Shown one piece after another: positions 18,303 through 27,245 of a stretch of DNA of 64,000 bases; positions within the stretch are counted from its first letter, which is position 1, and the number at the start of each line of letters is the position of its first letter. The notes under the pieces were generated by a model. The model made no database searches and was not told the DNA's origin. It saw only the letters and a list, made by a program, of their open reading frames with translations. Location of the stretch: the NCBI GenBank assembly GCA_021851065.1, contig JAJZJQ010000001.1:9640-73639 (forward strand). Direction: 5' to 3'. A program made the translations under genes and the position numbers. Origin of the DNA: Candidatus Micrarchaeota archaeon. Lineage in GTDB: Archaea > Micrarchaeota > Micrarchaeia > Micrarchaeales > CABMGC01.

Positions 18303-18602
18303 TTAAGAGTTCTTACTTATCTTTACCAGATACATCTGCGGCACTATGAGCTTGCGGGACGTTGATTTTGATGTCCAGATCTCAACCATGTACGCATCGC
18401 CTCTTCTCTCCTTCACTACACCTATCCTGCCCTTGTACCTTGGATGAGGTATATTCTTGAAGTTGCCAGTGGGCATTATCATGGCCCTCTCTCCGATCTC
18501 GAAGCTTTTTATCAGCTTTGTTATGCCTAGCCTGCTTGGCTTGTGATGCCTTGCCAACTGTCTTGTCCTGCCTACGAAGAGCCCGTGCGACCTCTGTGCC
18601 AT
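18303..18602 (-). CDS. rpl21e: 50S ribosomal protein eL21
   Basis: 99 aa from the internal ATG (MAQRSHGLFVGRTRQL...HPRYKGRIGVVKERRGDAYMVEI...); the upstream 25 codons of the track ORF are A/T-rich promoter sequence. Confidence 0.85.
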   Translation of the reverse strand: MAQRSHGLFVGRTRQLARHHKPSRLGITKLIKSFEIGERAMIMPTGNFKNIPHPRYKGRIGVVKERRGDAYMVEIWTSKSTSRKLIVPQMYLVKISKNS

Positions 18603-18654
18603 GAAAATCATGCCTTCTAAGTCTATTGAATTCATATAAGTCTGAACATAAAGG

Positions 18655-18664
18655 TATATAAATA
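18655..18664 (+). promoter_or_regulatory. TATA box (tatataaata) in the divergent eL21 / TBP-like intergenic region
   Basis: A/T-rich octamer about 25-35 nt upstream of GTG 18686 / ATG 18695. Confidence 0.5.
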
Positions 18665-18685
18665 CCATGCCGCTCATTTTTAAAT

Positions 18686-19015
18686 GTGAGTTTCATGGCC
18701 AAAGAGGTTGGGAGAACGAGATCCGGAAAGAGAGTTGAGCTTAACCCTAAGTTCAAGATAGAGAACATAGTAGCTAGCGCAGATCTGGGCGTCGAGCTGG
18801 ATCTCTACGGCATTGCCAAGGCCTCGCCTGACGTTGACTACGAGCCTGAGCAGTTTCCAGGCGCCATATGCAAGATACACGAGCCGAAGACAGCACTGCT
18901 GCTATTCAAGAACGGGAAGATAATATGCACCGGAGCCAAGACTGAAGCCGACATAAAAAGAGCCATTGACCAGGTAATAAAGATAGTCAAGAACTATATA
19001 CTGGAATCTTCCTGA
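18686..19015 (+). CDS. single-repeat (monopartite) TATA-binding-protein domain protein
   Basis: 106-109 aa; KIENIVASADLGVELDLYGIA...DYEPEQFPGAICKIHEPKTALLLFKNGKIICTGAKTEADIKRAI aligns by eye to one TBP repeat; the ORF stops after one repeat and the convergent DedA gene follows. Confidence 0.8.
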   Translation: MSFMAKEVGRTRSGKRVELNPKFKIENIVASADLGVELDLYGIAKASPDVDYEPEQFPGAICKIHEPKTALLLFKNGKIICTGAKTEADIKRAIDQVIKIVKNYILESS

Positions 19016-19653
19016 GGACGCCTGCCTGCTCCTTTTATCTTCTTAAGCGCTACATGGTATATCAGGTATAACACTATAGCAAATGCGGCTATAGCGGCAA
19101 ATAGGATATCGGCATTGCTCGCTGACAGCGCATAGTATCCGAACGCTATGAGGGCCGCATTCCATATCGCAGACCCTGCAAGAGAGTAGAAAAAGAATTT
19201 TTTAAGGGGCATCTGAGCGAATCCGGCGGGGAAGCTTATAAGGCCCCTAACCACAGGCAGCAGCCTTGAGACGAACACAGCAAAGTCGCCATTAGCGCTA
19301 AACCACCTGTCAAACGAGTCCAGCGTCTCCTTTTTAATGTGAAGGGCGCCAAGGTGTTTGTAGACCACGTCCTTCCCTACAAAGTATGCAATCGCATAAT
19401 CCACGCTTATCCCTATAACTGTGCCTATCATGGTGCATACAAAAGCGACGTATGGATTGAGAAGGTTCTTTGCGGCAAAGCTGCCGATCAGAGGAAGCAC
19501 CACCTCGCTTGGAATGGGCAGCGAGGCAGACTCAAGGCCCATGAGCACTATAACTGCAGCGTAAGCATACCGGATTATGAATGTACTGATCGTAGAGTAT
19601 GTGCCGGTAAGCAGATGCAGCACCGAGGCTGCCGTTACAAGTATGAAATACAT
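18994..19653 (-). CDS. DedA/VTT-family membrane protein
   Basis: 219 aa; LESASLPIPSEVVLPLIG, RLLPVVRGLISFPAG motifs. Confidence 0.85.
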   Translation of the reverse strand: MYFILVTAASVLHLLTGTYSTISTFIIRYAYAAVIVLMGLESASLPIPSEVVLPLIGSFAAKNLLNPYVAFVCTMIGTVIGISVDYAIAYFVGKDVVYKHLGALHIKKETLDSFDRWFSANGDFAVFVSRLLPVVRGLISFPAGFAQMPLKKFFFYSLAGSAIWNAALIAFGYYALSASNADILFAAIAAFAIVLYLIYHVALKKIKGAGRRPQEDSSI

Positions 19654-19656
19654 GCT

Positions 19657-21012
19657 CTACCCGTTGCTGCCAAAATACTTAAGCGTGTCGGTGCTGCCTA
19701 TCTTGTGCGGCGTGCCAGAGAGCACCATATATTTCTTGATTCCGTTCCTCTTGGCTATCTCGGCAACCAGCCCAAACATGCGGTCTGAGGAGTCGTAGTC
19801 CCCTATCTCCCCCACACGCACGCCGTAGTATAGTGCGAGCTTTCTCCTCACGCCAGCGTGCCTGCTCAGGGCCATTATGCTGGATCTCGGCCTCATCGCA
19901 GATAGAGACATTGCAGTTCTCCCGCTCTCGGTCGGGACGAATATGCAATCCGTATTGTAGCTGTCAGCCAGTTCCTTGGCAGCGTATGCTATTCCCTCCT
20001 GGGCGCTGGTTGGGGTGAAGCTCACGTCCTGTGCTGCCTGCTCCTCGGCATTTCTTGCTGTCGTGGCCATGGTCTGCACCGCCTCAACAGGATATTTGCC
20101 TACCGCAGTCTCCTCGCTTAGCATCAGGCAATCTGCGCCCCCAAGCACGGCAGAAGATATGTCGCTGACCTCTGCGCGGGTGGGCATTGGATTATTCACC
20201 ATACTAACCAGCATCTGCGTGGCCACTATGACAGGCCTGTGGAACCTGAGAGCTGCGCGCACAATCCTTGCCTGCATGGTAGGAACCATCTCGACTCCGA
20301 CCTCAAAAGCAAGATCGCCCCTTGCCACCATGAGCGCATCGGATTCCAGAGCTATCTCATCTATGTTGGCCATCGCCTGGGCGCGCTCTATCTTTGAGAT
20401 TATGTAGCAGTCTCCCACCCTGCTGCGCATCTCGCGTATGTTCTGTGCAGACATCACAAAAGACATCGCTATGTAGTCAAAACCGTTTTCCTTGGCGAAT
20501 CGGGCCAGTCGGATGTCCTGCTCTGTTGGAGGGGCTGCCGTGACTTCACCATTGCGTATGCTTATGCCCTTTCGGGCAGATAGCATGCCGTTTCCAGTAG
20601 ATCTGCAGACTATGTCTCCCTCACGGAGCCTTTCGACCTCAAGCGAGAGATAGCCGTCCCCCACGTACAGCACGGATCCCTTCCTCAGATAAGGGCATAT
20701 GTCAAAGTCAAGAGGCACTTTGCCCTGTGCCTGTTTGCCGTACCTTAGCGTTAGAATGTCGCCCTTGGCCACTTTTATCGGCTCTTTGAGCATGCCCAGC
20801 CTTATCTTTGGGCCGGGCAGGTCTGCCATCAGTGCAATCTCCTTGCCAGACGACTTTGCTACGGAAGTTATATTGTCCAGGGTCTCCTGCACCGCTTTCT
20901 CATCCTGATGCGAGAAATTGAGCCTTAGAACATCGACGTGTTTTAGGATCTTTGAAAGCACGTCCCTTTGGGCAATGCTTGGGCCGTATGTTGCTATTAT
21001 CTTGGTCTTCAT
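19657..21012 (-). CDS. pyk: pyruvate kinase
   Basis: 451 aa; MKTKIIATYGPS.., MVARGDLAFEV, SEETAVGKYP motifs. Confidence 0.9.
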   Translation of the reverse strand: MKTKIIATYGPSIAQRDVLSKILKHVDVLRLNFSHQDEKAVQETLDNITSVAKSSGKEIALMADLPGPKIRLGMLKEPIKVAKGDILTLRYGKQAQGKVPLDFDICPYLRKGSVLYVGDGYLSLEVERLREGDIVCRSTGNGMLSARKGISIRNGEVTAAPPTEQDIRLARFAKENGFDYIAMSFVMSAQNIREMRSRVGDCYIISKIERAQAMANIDEIALESDALMVARGDLAFEVGVEMVPTMQARIVRAALRFHRPVIVATQMLVSMVNNPMPTRAEVSDISSAVLGGADCLMLSEETAVGKYPVEAVQTMATTARNAEEQAAQDVSFTPTSAQEGIAYAAKELADSYNTDCIFVPTESGRTAMSLSAMRPRSSIMALSRHAGVRRKLALYYGVRVGEIGDYDSSDRMFGLVAEIAKRNGIKKYMVLSGTPHKIGSTDTLKYFGSNG

Positions 21013-21080
21013 CTTAGCCCCAATCTAACAATCAGCCTGCATAGATAAAGGCATATCCCGACTACCTGCATCCGACGAAC

Positions 21081-21623
21081 TTAGTATTTTGCCAGGGCTA
21101 TTACCTCCCTGTTTCCCAGCTTCTGCCTCCCCTTTAGCCCGGCAAGCTCTATTACGAATGCGTACGCTGCCACGTCGCCCCCTACAGATCTCACTAGCGA
21201 TGCTGCGGCTGCTGCAGTGCCGCCTGTTGCGAGAAGATCATCGACTATGACAGTGCTGCTTCCCTTCTCTATGGCGTCGCTGTGCATTTCTATGGTTTCC
21301 GTACCGTATTCAAGGCTGTACTGCGCGCTCACCTTCTGGTACGGCAGCTTGCCCTTCTTGCGTATGGGCACGAACCCTTTGCCCATTCTGTGGGCAAGAG
21401 CCGATCCTATTATGAAGCCTCTTGCTTCTATGCCCGCTATGTAGTCGAATCTCTTGCCATCAAGCCTGCGTGCAAGCTCGTCTATGCATGCTGCAAATGC
21501 GCCAGGATCCTTTAGCAGGGGAGTTATGTCCCTGAACATTATTCCCTTCTTAGGGTAGTCAGGTATGTCCCGCACTCTCGCCTTTAGCTCTGCTTCGGAT
21601 ATGCGCTGTTCGGTGTTTTGCAT
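21081..21623 (-). CDS. apt: adenine phosphoribosyltransferase
   Basis: 180 aa from the internal ATG; DYPKKGIMFRDITPLL and the PRPP loop VIVDDLLATGGTA; TATA ttataaa about 25 nt upstream of ATG 21623. Confidence 0.85.
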   Translation of the reverse strand: MQNTEQRISEAELKARVRDIPDYPKKGIMFRDITPLLKDPGAFAACIDELARRLDGKRFDYIAGIEARGFIIGSALAHRMGKGFVPIRKKGKLPYQKVSAQYSLEYGTETIEMHSDAIEKGSSTVIVDDLLATGGTAAAAASLVRSVGGDVAAYAFVIELAGLKGRQKLGNREVIALAKY

Positions 21624-21828
21624 ATGTCTATAGTACCAGTAGCCCTTTATAAGGTTGCAAGGAGCAGGGCGGATTTGAGGTGGCTTATGTATATGGCAAC
21701 GGTTCTTTCTGTGCCTGACGGCGCGGCAGGCAGGCCGCACTACGCGCAGGGACGGCTAGCTCCCGTCCAGAGCGCGGATATGCCGCACGGCACATAGCAA
21801 ATAATAATACCATCTGCGTAACAGATGC

Positions 21829-23697
21829 ATGCAGGCTTCTGATCCTCAGTTCATGTTCAGGTTCGACAGGCCCAGGGAGAGCCAGGGCAGGATGATGCAT
21901 GACATATACTCTGCGCTGTCTCAGCGCAGAAGCATCTTCATAAACGCTCCAACTGGGGTGGGCAAGACCGATGCCTCAATATCATCGTGCCTGAAGTACG
22001 CAATGGAGAATGGTAAGCAGGTCTTCTTCCTCACGCCAAAGAACTCGCAGCACAGGATAGCCGTTGAGGTCCTGTGCGGGCTGCGCAAGAAGTTCGGGCT
22101 TGGGATAACGTACGTGGATATGGTTGGCAAGAGGAATATGTGCGTAAACCCAGACGTAAATATGAGGGAGGGCGAGGCGTTCTACATGTCCTGCGAGAAG
22201 CTGATCAAAGGCGCAGGGTGCAGATTCTATGAGAATTCCAAGGAGGCGCAAAAGCCGCAGGAGGAGCTCTATGAAGCCGCAATGGCAGGCCATAACGCAC
22301 TCTTCAGGGAGTCGTTCGATGAGGGCGTGTGCGCGTATGAGATATCTGCCAGGATAGCAAGAGAGTCGAATTTCATAATAGCAGACTATGCACATGTGCT
22401 AAACCCGGTGGTTATGAAATCGTTTATGAGAAAGATAGGGCACGCGATGAGCGACTCGGTAGTTATCTGGGACGAGGCGCACAACATAATGAATACAGCA
22501 TCGTCGTACATGAACATGTCGCTTACTGCAAACGCGATTAAGAGGGCGCAGGCCGAGCTTGCTTCGATACAGCACCCGATGGATCTTGGATACCTGCTGT
22601 ACATGCTCGACAGCCTGTCAGAGTCTAAGATAAGGGGAAGCGCAATGGGCGAGGCGTTCGTGGAAAATAGCGACATACCGCAGGAGGTGTCGGCAGATGC
22701 TGACAAGCTGTGCGGGCAGCTTGACAAGGCAGCCATGGAGTACATAAACAACAAGGGAGCCAAGAGATCCGCGCTGATGCATATCTCCAGATTCATAAGG
22801 CTGCTGTCATCCCACAGCGATTCTGACGTTATCATAGTATCCAGGCAGCCGATGGGAATCAGGCTTTCCATATCGTGCCTATACCCTGCCGCAGCCTTGG
22901 CCGGCATCAGGGAGGCGTATGCAAATGTTTTCATGAGCGGCACCATGCTGCCTATAGAGATGCATAAGCAGATGCTGGGCTTCAAGGACGCGCTGCATGC
23001 GTCATATCCTAGCCCCTTCCCCAGGGACAACAGGCTCTGCCTGCTCGACAGGGGGGTCTCCACGAAATATTCGCAGAGGACGGCTATGCAGTATAAGGCG
23101 ATAGCAGACAGGATAGGGGCGGTTAGGGATAACGTGCACGGCAATGTCGCAGTATTCTTCCCAAGTTTCGGCGTACTCAACGCAACAAGGCGCCACATGC
23201 GTTATCCGGTGAAATTCGCGCAGGCTGCTGACATGCGCAGTTACCAGACAGAGCAGATGATACGCGAGTTCAAAGCGGGCGAGGACAACCTTCTATTCGC
23301 AGTCATGGGAGGCAGCCTTAGCGAGGGCATAGACTATGCCAATAATGTCATAAAAGGCATAATAATAGTCGGCATACCGCTGGAGAGGCCAAACCTTGAG
23401 CTCAGGGCAAAAATAGATTATTTCGACAGGAAATTCAACGGAAAGGGCAACGAATACGCATACCTTGTGCCTGGCGTGGTAAAGGCAGCGCAGGCTGCAG
23501 GCAGGGCGATAAGAGGCGAGACAGACCGCGCATTCATTCTCTTCATGGACATGAGATATGCATGGAGCGCATACAAGTGCATCATATCGGATTTTATGGC
23601 AATTGACGAGACACAGGATTACCTGTCGAAGATATCTGGGTTCATGAAGGCAGAACGCGCATCTGCACGCGCTGCCAGAAGCATGCAGATAGAATAA
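21829..23697 (+). CDS. XPD/Rad3-family (DinG-like) FeS helicase
   Basis: 622 aa; Walker A APTGVGKT, DEAH box (WDEAHN), four Cys between motifs I and II (NMCV, MSCE, AGCR, GVCA), C-terminal helicase motifs (QAAGRAIR). Confidence 0.85.
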   Translation: MQASDPQFMFRFDRPRESQGRMMHDIYSALSQRRSIFINAPTGVGKTDASISSCLKYAMENGKQVFFLTPKNSQHRIAVEVLCGLRKKFGLGITYVDMVGKRNMCVNPDVNMREGEAFYMSCEKLIKGAGCRFYENSKEAQKPQEELYEAAMAGHNALFRESFDEGVCAYEISARIARESNFIIADYAHVLNPVVMKSFMRKIGHAMSDSVVIWDEAHNIMNTASSYMNMSLTANAIKRAQAELASIQHPMDLGYLLYMLDSLSESKIRGSAMGEAFVENSDIPQEVSADADKLCGQLDKAAMEYINNKGAKRSALMHISRFIRLLSSHSDSDVIIVSRQPMGIRLSISCLYPAAALAGIREAYANVFMSGTMLPIEMHKQMLGFKDALHASYPSPFPRDNRLCLLDRGVSTKYSQRTAMQYKAIADRIGAVRDNVHGNVAVFFPSFGVLNATRRHMRYPVKFAQAADMRSYQTEQMIREFKAGEDNLLFAVMGGSLSEGIDYANNVIKGIIIVGIPLERPNLELRAKIDYFDRKFNGKGNEYAYLVPGVVKAAQAAGRAIRGETDRAFILFMDMRYAWSAYKCIISDFMAIDETQDYLSKISGFMKAERASARAARSMQIE

Positions 23698-23757
23698 GCT
23701 CAGGCATATAAAGGAATAGCTTTAAATAGATTATAAAGTACCAAATACAACGAGATT

Positions 23758-24459
23758 TTGATGCAGTTTGCTTCAATACCAAAGACTCTCGCCCTCATAC
23801 CTGACGGCAACAGGAGATGGGCGAATATGCACAGGCTCTCTGTGCTGCAGGGATACAAGCTGGGTGTCCAGAAGTTTATAGATTTCAGCGAATGGTGCAG
23901 GGAGTATGGAGTCAACAACTTGACAGTATGGGCCCTTTCCTCTGAGAATGTGAAGCGCTCGCCTTACGAGGTGAAGGCACTGTTTAGCATATACCGCCAC
24001 GCATGCAAAGACAGGAAGATACTTGGCAGGCTAGAGGAGCTTGGCATACATGTAAACATGATAACCAACAGGAGCATACTCCCAAAGGACCTGGTCGCCT
24101 CGCTCCATGGCGTGGAGAAGAAGACTGAGAACAACAGCGAAGGGGTGATAAACATGCTTATAGGCTACGGCGGAAAGGACGATCTACTATTTGGCGCGAG
24201 GAAATTTGCTGGGCTTGTGCGTCGTGGATATGATGCAAGCGCAGAGGCGTTCAAGAACTGCCTTCTTTCTTACCAGGTGCCAGACATAGATTTTGTTATA
24301 AGGACATCGGGAGAGAGAAGGCTCTCGGGATTCATGCCATGGCAGTTGAATTACGCGGAGCTTTACTTCTCTAGGAAACTGTGGCCCGACTTTGCCAGGG
24401 CGGACCTTCAGCGCGCCATGGCCGAGTACAACAGGAGATCGAGAAGGTTCGGCAGGTAA
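23758..24459 (+). CDS. uppS: cis-prenyltransferase (undecaprenyl/di-trans,poly-cis polyprenyl diphosphate synthase)
   Basis: 233 aa; IPDGNRRWA, IRTSGERRLSGFMPWQ motifs. Confidence 0.9.
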   Translation: MMQFASIPKTLALIPDGNRRWANMHRLSVLQGYKLGVQKFIDFSEWCREYGVNNLTVWALSSENVKRSPYEVKALFSIYRHACKDRKILGRLEELGIHVNMITNRSILPKDLVASLHGVEKKTENNSEGVINMLIGYGGKDDLLFGARKFAGLVRRGYDASAEAFKNCLLSYQVPDIDFVIRTSGERRLSGFMPWQLNYAELYFSRKLWPDFARADLQRAMAEYNRRSRRFGR

Positions 24460-24468
24460 AGTGTTCTA

Positions 24469-26292
24469 ATGCCTAAGAGGAACTTGACAGAATACTCTGA
24501 CTACTTTACGCTCAGAATCCCAAGCAGCGTTGTCCAGGTTGCAATAATAATCACCATAGGCATGTTTGCAGGTACGGTTGCAAGCGCCATAACTCATCGC
24601 GGATTTGCAATAGACCCATACAGTGTCGTCATGCTTGGCATGAGTTCAGGGATACTGGTTGTGAGCGTTCCGGCTCTTCTTACGGTCCTCATACTCAAGC
24701 TCATAAAGCGCGGCATGAAGGTAAAGCATGCTCTATTCGCGGTGCTAGCTGTATCTGCGGCGTATTCGGTCTTCATAATGGCTGGCGCAGCAGCATATTC
24801 GGTGACCTCGAACGGAGTCCTTGCATATGTCATATTATTGCTTGGCAATGCAAGCATATACGGATACTGGTTCATAATCAACAAGGTGGCAGTTGGGCAG
24901 AGGAGAATAGCCATACTGACCGCAGAGATACAGCCCATACTCAACCTTGTGCTATACTTCCCGTTCGGTGGCTATCTGCTTAAGCTGGTGGTTCCAGTGG
25001 AGTCTGCGCTTATAAAACTGTATTCAGGCATGTTCGTGTTCCTGCTTATGGGATATGCTGTGCTTTACCTTCTGGACAGACCTGCTAAAAAGAACCTGTC
25101 TGTAAGCAGTGTGGAGCTGTTTAGCACAATGGTAGGCCACTGGCTCTATGATATAACCTCGGATACTAAGGTGCTTGGCAACGGAGGAGTGAGGCGCAAG
25201 GTCAATGTCGATTTGGCGTCGCTGTACACTGGTGGGAAGCTCAAGGCAGTGTTCGTGCGCCCAGACATACACTATGGTCCTTTTGGCAACGTAGGAGGAA
25301 GCATATTCACCGCCGAGATGGGCAGCATGATAGCGTCAAAGTTCGGTGCAAGCCCATTCATAATACACGGAGCAGTCAACATAGAGGACAATCCGATGAG
25401 CACTTCGGATGTGCGCATGCTGGCGAGGAAGATATGCAACAGTGTAAGCGCCGCAGGCAGATCGCATGATGCTTACGGGTACATAAGGAAAGGGGATGAT
25501 GCGCCATGCAGGGCCATAAACATAAAGATAAACGACACCAACATCCTCACGTTGTCGAAGGCTCCGCTTGTTACTGAGGACATAGACAGGCAGGTAGGGC
25601 TGGAATTTGAGGCCATTGCAGACAGGAATGCATCGCGCACCATCCTGATAGATGCACACAACTCCAGATTTGAGAGCGCTGGAGAGGATGAGCTAAGGGG
25701 CATATACAGGGAGAGCAAATACGTGGCAAAATACCGTAATGCTATAATGGAGGCTACGCAGAAAGGCAGAAAGGCGAGGATGGAGTTCGGTGCAGCATGC
25801 GCTAGGCTCGCAAAAGTGGCTCCTAACCCGGACCTCGGCCCGGGGTATTCAAGCGTGGGCATATTCGGATTTGGCAGAAGCAGGTTCTGCATGCTGTATA
25901 TTGATGCCAACAACGTGCTGCCAGGATTCAGAGGCGAGGTCATAAAGCACCTTAAGGATAAGTTCGGAGTAGACTCTGAGCTATACAGCACCGACACTCA
26001 CGCCGTGAATTCCATAGCCAGGTCTGCAATGAACGCGCTGGGCAGGCATACAAGAGCCGGAGCGGTGCTGCCTGCAATAGATTCAATGGTGGAAAAAGCG
26101 CTAAATGATATGGGCCCTGCCAGTTTCTCGAGGAAGATGGTAAGCGTCGATAATTTTAGAGTGTGGGGAAAGGGTTCAGAGGAACTGCTCAATAAAGTCG
26201 GCATGGACATAATAAGGACGGGAAAGAGGGCGGTGCCGCTGGTAATAGTGGCCGCATATATAATTGCGGCATGGATAATATACGCGATATAG
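24469..26292 (+). CDS. large archaeal membrane protein, DUF2070-like (N-terminal polytopic domain plus soluble domain plus C-terminal TM)
   Basis: 607 aa; hydrophobic first ~200 aa and last ~25 aa; family name from memory of architecture only. The CDS is certain, the family is tentative. Confidence 0.6.
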   Translation: MPKRNLTEYSDYFTLRIPSSVVQVAIIITIGMFAGTVASAITHRGFAIDPYSVVMLGMSSGILVVSVPALLTVLILKLIKRGMKVKHALFAVLAVSAAYSVFIMAGAAAYSVTSNGVLAYVILLLGNASIYGYWFIINKVAVGQRRIAILTAEIQPILNLVLYFPFGGYLLKLVVPVESALIKLYSGMFVFLLMGYAVLYLLDRPAKKNLSVSSVELFSTMVGHWLYDITSDTKVLGNGGVRRKVNVDLASLYTGGKLKAVFVRPDIHYGPFGNVGGSIFTAEMGSMIASKFGASPFIIHGAVNIEDNPMSTSDVRMLARKICNSVSAAGRSHDAYGYIRKGDDAPCRAINIKINDTNILTLSKAPLVTEDIDRQVGLEFEAIADRNASRTILIDAHNSRFESAGEDELRGIYRESKYVAKYRNAIMEATQKGRKARMEFGAACARLAKVAPNPDLGPGYSSVGIFGFGRSRFCMLYIDANNVLPGFRGEVIKHLKDKFGVDSELYSTDTHAVNSIARSAMNALGRHTRAGAVLPAIDSMVEKALNDMGPASFSRKMVSVDNFRVWGKGSEELLNKVGMDIIRTGKRAVPLVIVAAYIIAAWIIYAI

Positions 26293-26302
26293 CTGCATTA
26301 GT

Positions 26303-27244
26303 ATGATAGGATTCCAGGCAGGCATATGGCTTTATGCAACAGTTATCCTATGTGCATCCCTTGTCGTTATATCTGCAATAAGGATATCGAAATTCAAGAA
26401 GAAGGATGTGGTGCCTGTCTTGGCTGCAATGGCCGCAGGCGCTGTGCTGTTCTATCTGGAGAGAGAGCCAGGCGTAGTTATCGCCGCTCTTGAAATAGGC
26501 ATAGTTACTTTCAATGGTCTGCTTTCGGAGCGCAGGCCGGTGGGAAGGAATGCTTACGTAGTGCTAAGCCTTCTTTACATAGCTCTGATACACTGGGTTG
26601 GTCTTGAGCCCATTGCACAGGCGCTTCTCATCGGACTTCTCAGCGGCATATCCAACCTCAAGGAAAGCAGGAGCAGGGTTGTCAACAGGAAAGTCGAGAT
26701 AGAGAGGGATGTATTCCACATATGCGCAGGCATAGCGCTGATATCTGTATTCTTTTTTGCCAGCACCCCTCTTGCCATAACGCTCCTGTTGGTCATAGTC
26801 CTAGGCGGCATATTCATAATAAGCATAGCAGAGATATACGGCAAAAAAGGGCGCTCGGGATTCTTCTACAGGCTGGAGCGCAATGGATCCTCACTGGGTA
26901 GGGGCGCCATGTGGCTTGCGCTTGGCTCCCTTCTGCCCGCATCATTTCTTGGGATCACAGGCATACTGGTGGTATTCTTCGCCATATTCATAGGAGATCC
27001 GCTAGCCACCATTGTTGGCATAAGGACGGGCAGGCACAAGCTGCCGTACAATAAAAGCAAGAGCGTGGAGGGTGCGGTGGCTTATTTCGCAGCTGCAGCG
27101 GCAATAGCATACATGCTCGTAGGCCCGTATGCAGTAGTCGTAGCAGCAGTGGCTGCCCTTGTAGAGAGCATGGACCTTGGAGTAGATGATAATTTCACGG
27201 TATCAGCGGCGCTTACTGTTATGCTCCTTGTGCTGGGAGTATAG
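26303..27244 (+). CDS. CTP-transferase/CDS-family membrane protein, probable polyprenol (dolichol) kinase
   Basis: 313 aa polytopic; C-terminal FIGDPLATIVGIRTGRHKLPYNKSKSVEGAVAYF motif shared by CdsA/dolichol-kinase enzymes; same operon as uppS. Confidence 0.65.
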   Translation: MIGFQAGIWLYATVILCASLVVISAIRISKFKKKDVVPVLAAMAAGAVLFYLEREPGVVIAALEIGIVTFNGLLSERRPVGRNAYVVLSLLYIALIHWVGLEPIAQALLIGLLSGISNLKESRSRVVNRKVEIERDVFHICAGIALISVFFFASTPLAITLLLVIVLGGIFIISIAEIYGKKGRSGFFYRLERNGSSLGRGAMWLALGSLLPASFLGITGILVVFFAIFIGDPLATIVGIRTGRHKLPYNKSKSVEGAVAYFAAAAAIAYMLVGPYAVVVAAVAALVESMDLGVDDNFTVSAALTVMLLVLGV

Positions 27245-27245
27245 G

